DNA of 64,000 bases from an uncultured Eggerthellaceae bacterium (GTDB lineage Bacteria > Actinomycetota > Coriobacteriia > Coriobacteriales > Eggerthellaceae). The stretch lies in assembly GCA_947565185.1 (NCBI GenBank), contig CANODU010000002.1, forward strand, positions 27,357-91,356, in the 5' to 3' direction. The notes beneath the pieces are model-generated. The model was not told the DNA's origin. It ran no database searches and saw nothing but the letters and a program-made list of their open reading frames with translations. Positions 9,520 to 19,484 of this stretch are shown here, in pieces. Made by a program: the position numbers and the translations under genes. Each line of letters starts with the position of its first letter. The stretch's first letter is position 1.

Positions 9520-10378
9520 CGAAGCCGTACACCCCCCGATCCTGGTCGCGCGTGAGGCGTCCGCGCTCGAGCGCGATGACGCGACGGCGCATGTTATCTA
9601 CCATCTCACGATCATGGGTAGCCACGAGGACGGTGGTGCCCGTGCGGTTGATGCGCTCCAAGAGGTCCATGATGCCTCGCGATGTCTGCGGGTCGAGGTT
9701 TCCTGTGGGCTCATCGCAGATGAGCAGAGGCGGCCTGTTCACGATGGCGCGGGCGATGGAGACGCGCTGCTGTTCGCCACCAGAGAGCTGGTCAGGGAGC
9801 TTCCCGAACTTCTCTTGCAGGCCGACGAGGCGAAGCACTTCAGGCACCTGCGTCTTCACCACATGCTTGCTCTTGCCGATGACCTCCAATGCGAAGGCGA
9901 CGTTCTCGAAGACCGTCTTCGAGGGCAGGAGCTTGAAATCCTGGAAGACGCAGCCGATGTTGCGCCTCAGGTAGGGCACGCGCCAGTTGCGCATGGAGGA
10001 GAGCTCCTCATCTGCCACATAGATGTGCCCTTGGGTGGCTTTGATCTCACGGGTCAGAAGCTTGATGAAGGTGGACTTGCCCGATCCGGAATGACCCACC
10101 AAGAACAGGAACTCACCTGCATAGATCTGCAGGGAGACATCGGAGAGGGCTGGCTTGTTGGGCTGGGCTGGGTAGACCTTCGTCACATGGTCGAACGTGA
10201 TGACCGGCTGTCCGAGCTGTGCGCGCGTTGCTTCGACGTCGAGCTCGGGCAAGGTCTGCGTCAATTGGTTGGTGATCTGGGCTCTGTTGCGCGCTCTTCC
10301 TTGAGATGGCGCTTGGCCTGCGTGAGCCGCTCTTCGCCCTCCTTGGGGAGCCGCGGTTCGCGATCTGTCAATAGCCAC
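9512..10378 (-). CDS. ftsE: cell-division ATP-binding protein FtsE
   Basis: 288 aa. Walker [10 protein letters not shown], signature LSGGEQQRV and Walker B LLICDEPT. The conserved core begins at [10 protein letters not shown]. The roughly 57-aa N-terminal extension depends on the GTG start at 10378 and is uncertain. Confidence 0.88.
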   Translation of the reverse strand: MAIDRSRTAAPQGGRRAAHAGQAPSQGRARNRAQITNQLTQTLPELDVEATRAQLGQPVITFDHVTKVYPAQPNKPALSDVSLQIYAGEFLFLVGHSGSGKSTFIKLLTREIKATQGHIYVADEELSSMRNWRVPYLRRNIGCVFQDFKLLPSKTVFENVAFALEVIGKSKHVVKTQVPEVLRLVGLQEKFGKLPDQLSGGEQQRVSIARAIVNRPPLLICDEPTGNLDPQTSRGIMDLLERINRTGTTVLVATHDREMVDNMRRRVIALERGRLTRDQDRGVYGFDV

Positions 10379-10432
10379 AGTGAATGCTCCGTATCGATTG
10401 CCTGTCAGACTGTAACTTCCATAGTTTATCAG

Positions 10433-11416
10433 TTATGAGCTTGCTTTGCGCTCCATAGCGCGCGAAGCGGCCTTCGCGATGGCGGCGCTGTCCAAACCGA
10501 AGGCGACCATGAGCTCATCGAAGGATCCCGACTTGCCGAATCTATCCTGCATCCCCACGAATTCGCAGGGGGCGGGCGCCTGGCGCGCGAGAAGCGATGC
10601 CACTGCCTCGCCCAAGCCACCGTTCACGGAATGCTCTTCGGCCACTACCGCACATCCCGTCTTCGCCACCGAAGCCAAGATGGTCTCCTCATCCAAGGGC
10701 TTCACGCTGAAGGCGTCGATCACCTCAGCCTGGATGCCCTCGCACTCCAGCGCACAAGCCGCCTTGAGCGCCTCATCTATCTCGACGCCGCACGCGATGA
10801 TGGTGACATCGGCGCCTTCGCGCAGCACATAGGCGCGACCGATCTCAAGATCCACATCCGAGGCATAGACGCACGGGACCTGTGCACGGCCCATGCGCAC
10901 ATAGACGGGGCCGTCCGTGCGCGCTGCCAGCTTGATGGCAGCACCAGCGGCAGCGAAGTCAGCGGGAACCAGCACGCGCATGTTCGGCAATGACCGCATG
11001 AGCGCGATATCCTCGAGCATCTGATGGGTGCCCCCATCAGGACCAACGGAGATGCCCGCATGCGTGGGGCAGATCTTCACGTTCAGATCCGCATAGCAGA
11101 CGGTGTTGCGGATCTGGTCATAGGCACGCCCGCATCCGAACACGGCGAAGGACCCCGTGAAGGCTATCTTGCCCGTGAGCGCCAAGCCCGCGGCCACATC
11201 CGTCATGTTCTGCTCGGCGATGCCCACGTTGAAGGTGCGCCGGGCATTCTCTTCGCTGGACGCTGCGAACTTGCCGATGGTGGTAGAACCAGAGAGGTCA
11301 GCGTCCACGGCAACGACAGGCAGCCCCTGAGAAGCAAGTTCGATGAGCGCAGGTCCATAGGCTGCACGTGTAGCCAACCTCTTCGCGCGCTCCTCGTCAG
11401 ATGCGAAGCGGATCAT
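10433..11416 (-). CDS. transketolase, C-terminal (pyrimidine-binding) subunit
   Basis: 327 aa. Split-transketolase C-terminal section (FNVGIAEQNMTDVAAGLAL...). Confidence 0.9.
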   Translation of the reverse strand: MIRFASDEERAKRLATRAAYGPALIELASQGLPVVAVDADLSGSTTIGKFAASSEENARRTFNVGIAEQNMTDVAAGLALTGKIAFTGSFAVFGCGRAYDQIRNTVCYADLNVKICPTHAGISVGPDGGTHQMLEDIALMRSLPNMRVLVPADFAAAGAAIKLAARTDGPVYVRMGRAQVPCVYASDVDLEIGRAYVLREGADVTIIACGVEIDEALKAACALECEGIQAEVIDAFSVKPLDEETILASVAKTGCAVVAEEHSVNGGLGEAVASLLARQAPAPCEFVGMQDRFGKSGSFDELMVAFGLDSAAIAKAASRAMERKASS

Positions 11417-12285
11417 GCGCGGCTCCTCTCATCCCGTGCTGCTCGGATCTCCTTGAGCGCACGCGCGGTCTGATCGGGATCGGTGGCCTTGCCATGCCAG
11501 GATGCCTGATCCTCCATGAAGGAGACCCCACGCCCTTTGACCGTCTTCGCCACGATCGCCTTCGGCTGCCCGGATCGGTGAGCCTTCGCTTTTGAGAGCG
11601 TCCGCACAAGGGCACCCATGTCGTGTCCATCCACTTCCTGCACCTGCCATCCGAAGGAGGCGAACTTGTCGGTGATGCTCTCAGGATTGCAGACATCCAC
11701 CACGCGCCCGTCTATCTGGAGCCCGTTGTGGTCGATGATGGCCACCAGATTGTCCAGATCCATGTGCGCAGCATACATGGCCGCTTCCCAGACCTGTCCC
11801 TCCTGGCATTCACCATCGCCCAGAAGCGCGAAGACGGTGGAGGGAAAGCCATCCATGGCAAGGCCAAGCGCCATGCCGCATGCGATGGAGAGCCCTTGGC
11901 CCAGAGAGCCGGTCGAGGCCTCCACACCGGGGACCAAGCGCATATCGGGATGTCCTTGCAGCCGGCTCCCCAGCTTCCGGAGCGTCTTGAGCTCGGATGA
12001 GGGGAAGAAGCCCGCGCGAGCCAGCACCGCATAGAGGGCCGGCGCCGCATGGCCCTTCGACAGGATGAAGCGATCGCGATCGGCTTTGTGCGGATCGTCT
12101 GCTGTGTAGTCCATGACGCTGCCGAAGTAGAGCGCGCAGAGGATATCTGCGCACGAGAGCGACCCACCAGGATGTCCGCTACCTGCTTCGGCGATCATCG
12201 AGACGATGTCTTCGCGCACATCCAGCGCCCGTATCTCAAGATCGTGTACGTCCAAGGCGACCCTTTCTATGCCGTGGCTTTCCAT
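11413..12285 (-). CDS. transketolase, N-terminal (TPP-binding) subunit
   Basis: 290 aa. GSGHPGGSLS and GDGECQEGQVWEA motifs. 4-nt overlap with the C-terminal subunit gene. Confidence 0.9.
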   Translation of the reverse strand: MESHGIERVALDVHDLEIRALDVREDIVSMIAEAGSGHPGGSLSCADILCALYFGSVMDYTADDPHKADRDRFILSKGHAAPALYAVLARAGFFPSSELKTLRKLGSRLQGHPDMRLVPGVEASTGSLGQGLSIACGMALGLAMDGFPSTVFALLGDGECQEGQVWEAAMYAAHMDLDNLVAIIDHNGLQIDGRVVDVCNPESITDKFASFGWQVQEVDGHDMGALVRTLSKAKAHRSGQPKAIVAKTVKGRGVSFMEDQASWHGKATDPDQTARALKEIRAARDERSRA

Positions 12286-13352
12286 TTATGGTAACCGATG
12301 ATGAATGCTTCCAGATCCCCATCCAGCACGGCATCCACATTGCCGGTCTCCATGCCCGTGCGCGTGTCCTTCACCATCTGATAGGGATACAACACGTAAT
12401 TGCGGATCTGGCTGCCGAAGGAGTTATCCATCTTGTCTCCCCGCAAGCCATCGATCTCCTCTTGGCGCTTCTGCTCTTCGCGCTCGTAGAGCTTGGCCTT
12501 CAAGACGCGGAAGGCCGCTTCCTTGTTCTGGAGCTGGCTCTTCTCGTTCTGGCAAGTGACGACGATGCCCGTGGGGATGTGCGTGAGTCGCACAGCGGAG
12601 TCTGTGGTGTTCACGCATTGGCCACCCGGGCCGCTGGAGCGATACACATCCACGCGCACATCGGAGGGATTCAGCTCCACTTCGATGTCATCCGGCAGGA
12701 TGGGGAGCACTTCCACGCCAGCGAAGGTGGTGTGGCGCCGCTTCTTGTCATCTGTGGGCGAGATGCGCACGAGGCGATGCACGCCTGCCTCAGCGGACAG
12801 CATGCCGAAGGCGTTCTTGCCCTCTATCTGGATGGTGGCCTTGTCCAATCCGATCCCCTCGCCGGGCACCAGGTCCAAGACCGTCACGTTCCAGCCTTTG
12901 TCTTCGGCATAGCGCTTGTACATCCGATAGAGCATCTCGGTCCAGTCCTGGGCTTCGAGACCGCCCTGTCCTGGATTGATGGACAGGATGGCACCTCCGC
13001 GGTCGAAGCGCCCCGAGAACCACGATGACACCTCCAGCGCATCCAGCATGCGCGCAAGCTCTGCCATCCCCTGCTCGTATTCCTGCGCGAATGCCTCGTC
13101 CTCTTCGGCCAATTCGAAGGCAGCGGATGCATCATCCAGCTTCTGGCGCGCGCTCTCGTATTCTGCGATGGTCTCTTTGATATCCGACGCTTCCTTGGAG
13201 ATGCGCTGCGCCTCTTGGGCATCATCCCAAAAGCCCGGACGCGCCATCTGCTCATCCAATGCATGCGCCTTGTCCGCAAGAGCGTCGATCTTCAGATATC
13301 CCTTGGCGTCTGACAGCCTCGTGCGGGCTGCCTCTATCTCCTTATTTGCCAT
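12267..13352 (-). CDS. prfB: peptide chain release factor 2 (single ORF, no +1 frameshift site; SPT instead of SPF)
   Basis: Start set at MANKEIEAART. That ATG overlaps the secA stop (sequence ...CATGGCAAATAA). GGQ motif (SSGPGGQCVNTTDSAVRLTHIPTG) and RF2-type domain 2 are present. The 24 codons upstream in the ORF track overlap secA and were rejected. Confidence 0.9.
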   Translation of the reverse strand: MANKEIEAARTRLSDAKGYLKIDALADKAHALDEQMARPGFWDDAQEAQRISKEASDIKETIAEYESARQKLDDASAAFELAEEDEAFAQEYEQGMAELARMLDALEVSSWFSGRFDRGGAILSINPGQGGLEAQDWTEMLYRMYKRYAEDKGWNVTVLDLVPGEGIGLDKATIQIEGKNAFGMLSAEAGVHRLVRISPTDDKKRRHTTFAGVEVLPILPDDIEVELNPSDVRVDVYRSSGPGGQCVNTTDSAVRLTHIPTGIVVTCQNEKSQLQNKEAAFRVLKAKLYEREEQKRQEEIDGLRGDKMDNSFGSQIRNYVLYPYQMVKDTRTGMETGNVDAVLDGDLEAFIIGYHKWKATA

Positions 13353-16113
13353 GGCACTTCTTGAACTTGAGCCCGCTGCCGCACGGGCACGGATCGTTGC
13401 GGCCGACGTTGGCGAAGGGATCATCCTTGTCCTTCACCACGGTCTTCGCCTTGCCCGCCGCTGGCTTGGGATTAGCCGGAGCTGCCGCATTCACGGCTTG
13501 GGCGGTGACGGCAGGTGCCGCTTGGCGACCAGAGAGCGACTCTTCGGGGTTGGAATAGGTGAGGTCTTTCTGCTTCGGCTCTTCAGGGGCAGCGAGCTTG
13601 ATGGCTACCTCCAGGCGAAGGAGCGTGCGCAGGAAATCATCGTACATGGAGGCCGTCATGTTCTGGAAGGCCAGATATGCCTCGTTCTTGTACTCCACCA
13701 GAGGATCGCGCTGGCCGAAGGCACGCAGCCCGATGCCGGTCTTCAGGTAATCCATCTCCTGGAGATGAGCCATCCATTTCGCATCGATGATCCTGAGCAT
13801 CACCTGAGCGCTCAGATGGCGCATGATGTCCTCGCCCAGAGCATCTTTGCGGTCGTCGAAGCATCTCACCAGGTAATCATCTAACGCACCCGCTACTATC
13901 TGCGGGTCCTCCTCGTGGTCGATCTCCTCCACCTTGAAGGCATCCTTGCCGCTCATGTTGGCTGCCCATATCTCCAGCGCCCGATCATCCCACTCGGTAG
14001 CGTCATCAGAAGCCAGCGTCTCGGCGATCTCCGCCTCGACGGAATCCGATACGATCTCAGGGATGCGGGTCAGATAGTCCTTGCCATCCAAGATGGCGTT
14101 GCGCTCCTCATAGATGGCCTTGCGCTGCAGGTTCATGACATCGTCGTACTCAAGGACGCTCTTGCGGGCAGAGAAGTGCATGGACTCCACTTGGCGCTGT
14201 GCGTTCTCGATGGATTTCGACACCATGGATGCCTGGATGGGCATGTCATCCTCAAGCCCGGTCTTCTGCATCATATTGGAGATGGAATCCATCTTGTTCC
14301 CACCGAACAGGCGCATGAGGTCATCTTCCAGCGACAGATAGAACTGCGTGACGCCGGGGTCACCCTGACGTCCAGAACGGCCGCGCAGCTGGTTGTCGAT
14401 GCGGCGCGATTCATGGCGCTCGGTACCGATGACGCAAAGGCCACCGGCCTTCAGCACCACCTCGTGCTCCTCTGCGCAGATGACCTTCGCATCCTCAAGA
14501 GCGCGTTCGCGCTCCTCCTCATCGGCGAAGAGCTCATTTAGCTCCCCGTCCTCGTCGAATTCCGGCGCATCCGGGTCGAAGCCGCGCTGGCGCAGGATAT
14601 CCTCAGCCAGCACATCAGCGTTGCCGCCCAAGATGATGTCCGTGCCACGGCCTGCCATGTTCGTGGCGATGGTGACCGCACCCACGCGTCCAGCCTGGGC
14701 GACGATGTGCGCCTCGCGCTCATGATGCTTCGCGTTCAGCGTCTCATGGGGAATGCCCCGCTTGTCCAGAAGGCGCGAGAGCCGCTCAGAGCTCTCGATG
14801 GAAACGGTGCCGATCAAGCACGGCTGCCCTTTCTCATGGCGCTCGGCGATGTCGTTGGCCACGGCGTCGAACTTGGCGTCCACCGTGCGGTAGACCAGGT
14901 CATTCAAGTCCTGGCGCTTGACGGGTCGGTTCGGCGGGATGGCGAAGACGGGCAGCTTGTAGATCTGACGGAACTCCGCATCTTCGGTCATGGCCGTGCC
15001 GGTCATGCCCGAGAGCTTCTCATAGAGCCTGAAGTAGTTCTGCAGCGTGATGGTGGCAAGGGTCTGGCTCTCCTCTTGCACCTTCACATGCTCCTTCGCT
15101 TCGATGGCTTGGTGCAAGCCCTCAGAATAGCGCCTGCCCTCCATGATGCGACCCGTGAACTCATCGACGATCTTCACTTCCCCATCCACCACCACATAAT
15201 CCACGTCGCGATGGAACAGGAATTGGGCCTTCAGGGCTTGCTGGAGGTGATTCGCCAGCTGAGCCGAGGGATCTGCATAGATGTCCTCGATCCCCAGCAT
15301 GTCCTCGATGCGGTCCAGTCCCACCTCCGTTGCGTTGATGGTCTTCTTCGCCTCATCCATCTGGAAGTCCTCATCCAGCTTCAGGCGCGGCATGACCGCG
15401 GCGAAGCGCTTGTAGGTGTCCGAGGACTGGCTGCCGATCCCTGAGATGATGAGCGGGGTGCGCGCCTCGTCGATCAGGATGGAGTCCACCTCGTCCACGA
15501 CAGCGAAGTGATGCCCGCGCTGCACGCGATCCTCAGGGCGCACCACCATGTTGTCGCGCAGATAGTCGAAGCCGAACTCAGAATTCGTCCCGTAGGTCAC
15601 ATCCGCCTGGTAGGCCGGCACCTTCTCAGCGGGCTTCATGCCGTTTTGGATGAGGCCCACCTTCATGCCCAAGAATTCGTAGATCTGGCCCATCCACTGG
15701 GAGTCGCGGCGGGCCAGATAGTCATTGACGGTGACGATGTGCACGTTGTGCCCTGGGATGGCATTCAGATACCCCGCCAGCGTGGACACGAGCGTCTTGC
15801 CTTCGCCGGTCCTCATCTCTGCGATCTCGCCAGCGTTGAGCGCCATGCCACCGATGAGCTGCACATCGAAATGGCGCAGCCCGATGGTGCGCACGCTGGC
15901 TTCGCGCACGGCTGCGAACGCCTCCGGGAGCAAGTCATCCAATGTCTCGCCAGCGTGGTAGCGACCCCGGAGCTCCTCGGTCATGCCTGCGAGCTCCTCG
16001 TCGCTTTTGGCCTGCATCTGCGGTTCCAGGGAGTTGATCTTGTCAACGGTGGCTTGGTATCTCTTCAGCTGCTTGCCTTCGCCGACCGTGAACAGCTTGG
16101 ATAGCAATCCCAT
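13342..16113 (-). CDS. secA: preprotein translocase ATPase SecA
   Basis: 923 aa, full-length SecA including the C-terminal zinc motif CPCGSGLKFKKCHGK. Confidence 0.96.
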   Translation of the reverse strand: MGLLSKLFTVGEGKQLKRYQATVDKINSLEPQMQAKSDEELAGMTEELRGRYHAGETLDDLLPEAFAAVREASVRTIGLRHFDVQLIGGMALNAGEIAEMRTGEGKTLVSTLAGYLNAIPGHNVHIVTVNDYLARRDSQWMGQIYEFLGMKVGLIQNGMKPAEKVPAYQADVTYGTNSEFGFDYLRDNMVVRPEDRVQRGHHFAVVDEVDSILIDEARTPLIISGIGSQSSDTYKRFAAVMPRLKLDEDFQMDEAKKTINATEVGLDRIEDMLGIEDIYADPSAQLANHLQQALKAQFLFHRDVDYVVVDGEVKIVDEFTGRIMEGRRYSEGLHQAIEAKEHVKVQEESQTLATITLQNYFRLYEKLSGMTGTAMTEDAEFRQIYKLPVFAIPPNRPVKRQDLNDLVYRTVDAKFDAVANDIAERHEKGQPCLIGTVSIESSERLSRLLDKRGIPHETLNAKHHEREAHIVAQAGRVGAVTIATNMAGRGTDIILGGNADVLAEDILRQRGFDPDAPEFDEDGELNELFADEEERERALEDAKVICAEEHEVVLKAGGLCVIGTERHESRRIDNQLRGRSGRQGDPGVTQFYLSLEDDLMRLFGGNKMDSISNMMQKTGLEDDMPIQASMVSKSIENAQRQVESMHFSARKSVLEYDDVMNLQRKAIYEERNAILDGKDYLTRIPEIVSDSVEAEIAETLASDDATEWDDRALEIWAANMSGKDAFKVEEIDHEEDPQIVAGALDDYLVRCFDDRKDALGEDIMRHLSAQVMLRIIDAKWMAHLQEMDYLKTGIGLRAFGQRDPLVEYKNEAYLAFQNMTASMYDDFLRTLLRLEVAIKLAAPEEPKQKDLTYSNPEESLSGRQAAPAVTAQAVNAAAPANPKPAAGKAKTVVKDKDDPFANVGRNDPCPCGSGLKFKKCHGK

Positions 16114-16243
16114 CTATGCGGTTTCCTTTTCGTTGGGTGCGCATGTGCTGCGAGCGCATGCATCTCATGTTCTCTTCTCGAACGGACATTCTAATACAGC
16201 TGCGCGTCCGTGGGGCACCTTGCATGAGCTTATCTGCACATCC

Positions 16244-18844
16244 TCAAAGCTCCTCCTCATATTCGATGATGGAGCGGTACAGCTCTACGAGATGCGGCGA
16301 GGGGTCTATGCCGAGCCCCTCCGAGAGGAAGCGTCGGCATTTGAAGTACGTCTCCAGCGCAGGCCCGCGCTGATCGGCTGCGATCTGCGCTTCCATGAGC
16401 GCGATGTGCACGTCTTCGCGGGAGTCGTCACGGCGAAGCGCCTCGCGAGCGAACCAGAGCGCGCCGGTGCGCTCATCAGAGGAGAGGAGTCGTCGCGACG
16501 CAGCCAACAGACCGTCCACCAAGCAATGCTTGCACCTCTCGCGAATATCGATGATATAGGGATTGTCCACCTCCCCTGGCAAAAGGGTCTCAGCGAAGGA
16601 GAGCGTCACCTTCGCATACAGATCCTCCCAAGACCGGGCTTCAGCACCGCCGAACACAAGGGAGGTGCACAGCGCGTCGAATTCCTCTATGTCGGTTGAG
16701 AGATAGCGCGCATCGAAGCTGCACCCGATCTGGGATCTCACCAGGTAAGGGCACGTCCCGTTCACGGTGAGCGCACGCTTCAAGGAAGCCCATACCGAAT
16801 AGAAGCTGTTCACGCGCTCATGGGGATCAGCTTCGGGCCATACGATCTGGCAGAGCTTATCGCGCGTGAGCTCATGCCCCTTGTTGAGGGCCAAGGCCGA
16901 TGCCAGCGTACGGGCGCGCTGTCGCGTGAGCTTGCGCGGATCGATGGGCGTGCCGTCTATGCGCACCTCCAGACCGCCGAACAGCCTCACATCCAACTGC
17001 GGAACCGACGAGGGCGCAAGCGTCGGCTTCGCGCTCGTCCGACGGAAGGGATCGGGATGAGTGACCTCATAGCTGGCCTTTCTCTGCGCCTTCCTTTCCT
17101 TCGCCTTTGCGTAGGCGCGCACCTGCCGCTCTTGGTCGATGTGCATCTGCGCCATGCGCGAAGAGAGCGCCGGTGTGAGCGCCCCTTCCAGCTTAAGACG
17201 CCCCTCTTCCCCTTCGCTTGCCGCCTCGTGCGCCACCATGAGCGGATAGGCTATGCCATCCAAGAACGCTGGATCCTCAGAGACGCGCTTCAGAGAGCGC
17301 AAGAGGAATGCCACGAGCGCTGAACGAGTGCCGAAAGCGTCGTCTGCGCCCTCTTCGGTTCGCGCTCCTTCTTTGACGAGGGGCAGCGTCCATGCTGCCC
17401 CGAACAGAAGCATGCCGATTGCCTGCATCCGTGGGGTGCCCTCTTCCGCTGCCCATGCGGCCTCCTCCAAGCGGTTCCACGTCTCTACATCCAAGGCGCT
17501 CCCCAAAGCAACTGGCAGCATCACCTGGCCCAAGGCAAGCCAATCGGGCTCTATGGATTCTGTTGACACGAATGCGCGATGGGTGGTCTGAAGCTGCGCG
17601 AGCACATCGGCGAAGGCAAAGGACTCTTCCGCATCCAGTGAGCCGGGCACCAGATGCGTCAGAAGCGCCCAAGCACTGGCTCGCGCCTTCGCAGAACGCC
17701 CTACAGCGACTGCCACCCGCCGGCAGAGCTTCGCTGCGCGCTGCTCTTGACCCAAAGCCCAAAGAGCCCATGCGGACATGGCTATCAAGTCGTCATCACC
17801 CGGGCCCTTCTTCGCCGTGCTCTCTATGATGTCTATGACGCAGAGCGCTTCCCCGGCGAAGATGAGCTGCCATCCGCGCCGCAAGACCCACGTGCGTGCA
17901 GCCTTGGCTGACAGATAGTTGAGAACGAGATCATGGGCACGCTCGGGGCCCGCAGACCCGATCAGGGTATCTGCCAGATGGATCCCCAAGCTATCGGCAT
18001 CAGAGAAGGGCGTGCAGCCTACGATGTCGTCGAGCGTAGGTAGCAACGTTGCTTTCATATCCTTGATGGGTACGCTCACTGCATCGAACGATTGATGCTC
18101 TCCATCAACGCCCAAAAACGTATAGGAGCGGCAGATGAGCTCTGCGATCTCATGGGCACGCTTATCGTCGAAGAGGGAGAGCGCCTTGTCCAAAGCACCC
18201 GATCCCATGATGATCATGCAGAAGATGGCGCAGCGCACGTCTGCGGGCATCGGCTCTTTGGCACAACCTTCGATGAGGGCATGAACGCCTTCTGTTCCCC
18301 ACGCGATGCAGGCGATGTTGCCATGTGGCACATCGGCAAGGCCGAGCGCTGCCACTTCGCTTTCCTCCAAGAGCATCTCTTTGGCAGTGATGACGATGCG
18401 GTCTCGCTGGAGCAGCGTGAAGGTATCGGAAGAGGGGCTGCATGCCACGATCACCTCGCATCCCGCTTCCAAGAGCGCATCCATGACTTGCGAAAGGGCC
18501 TCTGTGCGCTTCGGATCCAAAACGGGAAGCTCATCGAACACCACGAGCGCAGCTTCCTCATCAGCCGCGAAGATGGCCTTGTCCATGTCTCCTGCATCCA
18601 GGTCGCGCAAAAAGCAGGGTGATGCACAGCGCATCCAGACAACGTGGCGGAATGCGAAGATGATGTTGGCGTATTCGAAAGCGACATGCGTCTTGCCATA
18701 GCCCGCCGACGCCACCATGAAGCGCGCTACGCGCCGGTTCACCAGAAGGCGCCCGACCACCTCAGGGCGGGAGATCCTCTTCTTGGACACGATGCCATAG
18801 GGCTGCTTGCCCTTACAGCAACATGATGCTATGAAAGATGTCAT
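16244..18844 (-). CDS. large transcriptional regulator: N-terminal STAND/AAA-type NTPase, helical repeat middle, C-terminal OmpR-type winged helix plus BTAD (SARP module)
   Basis: 866 aa. Walker A FMVASAGYGKTH and Walker B-like LVVFDELP near the N-terminus. The C-terminal roughly 270 aa (VRLFGGLEVRIDGTPIDPRKLTRQRARTLASALALNKGHELTRDKLCQIVWPEADP...ETYFKCRRFLSEGLGIDPSPHLVELYRSI) read as a DnrI/AfsR-type SARP DNA-binding plus BTAD unit. Confidence 0.7.
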   Translation of the reverse strand: MTSFIASCCCKGKQPYGIVSKKRISRPEVVGRLLVNRRVARFMVASAGYGKTHVAFEYANIIFAFRHVVWMRCASPCFLRDLDAGDMDKAIFAADEEAALVVFDELPVLDPKRTEALSQVMDALLEAGCEVIVACSPSSDTFTLLQRDRIVITAKEMLLEESEVAALGLADVPHGNIACIAWGTEGVHALIEGCAKEPMPADVRCAIFCMIIMGSGALDKALSLFDDKRAHEIAELICRSYTFLGVDGEHQSFDAVSVPIKDMKATLLPTLDDIVGCTPFSDADSLGIHLADTLIGSAGPERAHDLVLNYLSAKAARTWVLRRGWQLIFAGEALCVIDIIESTAKKGPGDDDLIAMSAWALWALGQEQRAAKLCRRVAVAVGRSAKARASAWALLTHLVPGSLDAEESFAFADVLAQLQTTHRAFVSTESIEPDWLALGQVMLPVALGSALDVETWNRLEEAAWAAEEGTPRMQAIGMLLFGAAWTLPLVKEGARTEEGADDAFGTRSALVAFLLRSLKRVSEDPAFLDGIAYPLMVAHEAASEGEEGRLKLEGALTPALSSRMAQMHIDQERQVRAYAKAKERKAQRKASYEVTHPDPFRRTSAKPTLAPSSVPQLDVRLFGGLEVRIDGTPIDPRKLTRQRARTLASALALNKGHELTRDKLCQIVWPEADPHERVNSFYSVWASLKRALTVNGTCPYLVRSQIGCSFDARYLSTDIEEFDALCTSLVFGGAEARSWEDLYAKVTLSFAETLLPGEVDNPYIIDIRERCKHCLVDGLLAASRRLLSSDERTGALWFAREALRRDDSREDVHIALMEAQIAADQRGPALETYFKCRRFLSEGLGIDPSPHLVELYRSIIEYEEEL

Positions 18845-19067
18845 ATCCGATCACCTGGTCTTGTCCAGGGATCCGACGAAAAGGCTGCGCGGGATGATAG
18901 CGGCACGTCCGCACATGAGAGAGCCTGGGATGCCGCGCCTGTATCAAGCTCACGGCTTTGCGTTGATGGCGCAGATGTTCCGGAAAGCGACGGCATGTCC
19001 ACCCGCTTTCCGCAAGGAGAGCACCAAGCGGTGAACGGTCGCTTTGGGAATGCCGATGGTCAGTGCA

Positions 19068-19484
19068 TCAGGCGTGGCTCGCCAAGAGCTTCGCGATGCG
19101 CTCGCCATACTCCAAGTTCTCGAAGCCCTCTTCTTCCGAAAGGTCTAACATCTGCGCTTCATTCCATAAGGTCTCCAGGCGGTAGTATTCGCGCGTCTGC
19201 GGCTGGAAGACATGGACGACCAGATCCCCATAGTCGAGCAGCGACCAGGATCCGTCACTGGCAAGCTCGCGTCCTTCGGGCTTGAGCCCGCATTCCGTGC
19301 GCAGCTTCTCCTCGACCTCGTCGATGATGGCATCCACTTGACGATTGTTCGCGGCCGTCACGATCACGAAGTAATCGGTGACGCCCAAAAGCGGTCCCAC
19401 CTCTTGCACGACGATATCCGTGGCCTTCTTCGCATCTGCCGCTCGCGCTGCCATGAGCGCAGCTTCTCGGGATGTGGCTGTCAT
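19068..19484 (-). CDS. rsfS: ribosomal silencing factor RsfS
   Basis: RsfS/Iojap sequence (KKATDIVVQEVGPLLGVTDYFVIVTAANNRQVDAI...DYGDLVVHVF). Start set at the ATG that forms an ATGA overlap with the yqeK stop, preceded by SD AAGGAG. Confidence 0.88.
   Translation of the reverse strand: MTATSREAALMAARAADAKKATDIVVQEVGPLLGVTDYFVIVTAANNRQVDAIIDEVEEKLRTECGLKPEGRELASDGSWSLLDYGDLVVHVFQPQTREYYRLETLWNEAQMLDLSEEEGFENLEYGERIAKLLASHA

Noticed and set aside
10210-10378. A roughly 57-aa Arg/Gln/Ala-rich N-terminal extension of FtsE.
   Set aside because: It depends entirely on the GTG start at 10378. In-frame TTG codons nearer the conserved core exist and no SD clearly decides between them. It is probably a start-site ambiguity rather than biology.
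12267-13424. A programmed +1 frameshift in prfB, and the longer 385-aa ORF-track start.
   Set aside because: The RF2 reading frame is continuous from MANKE to the stop, so no frameshift is needed. The 24 upstream codons overlap the secA C-terminus and precede the conserved N-terminus.
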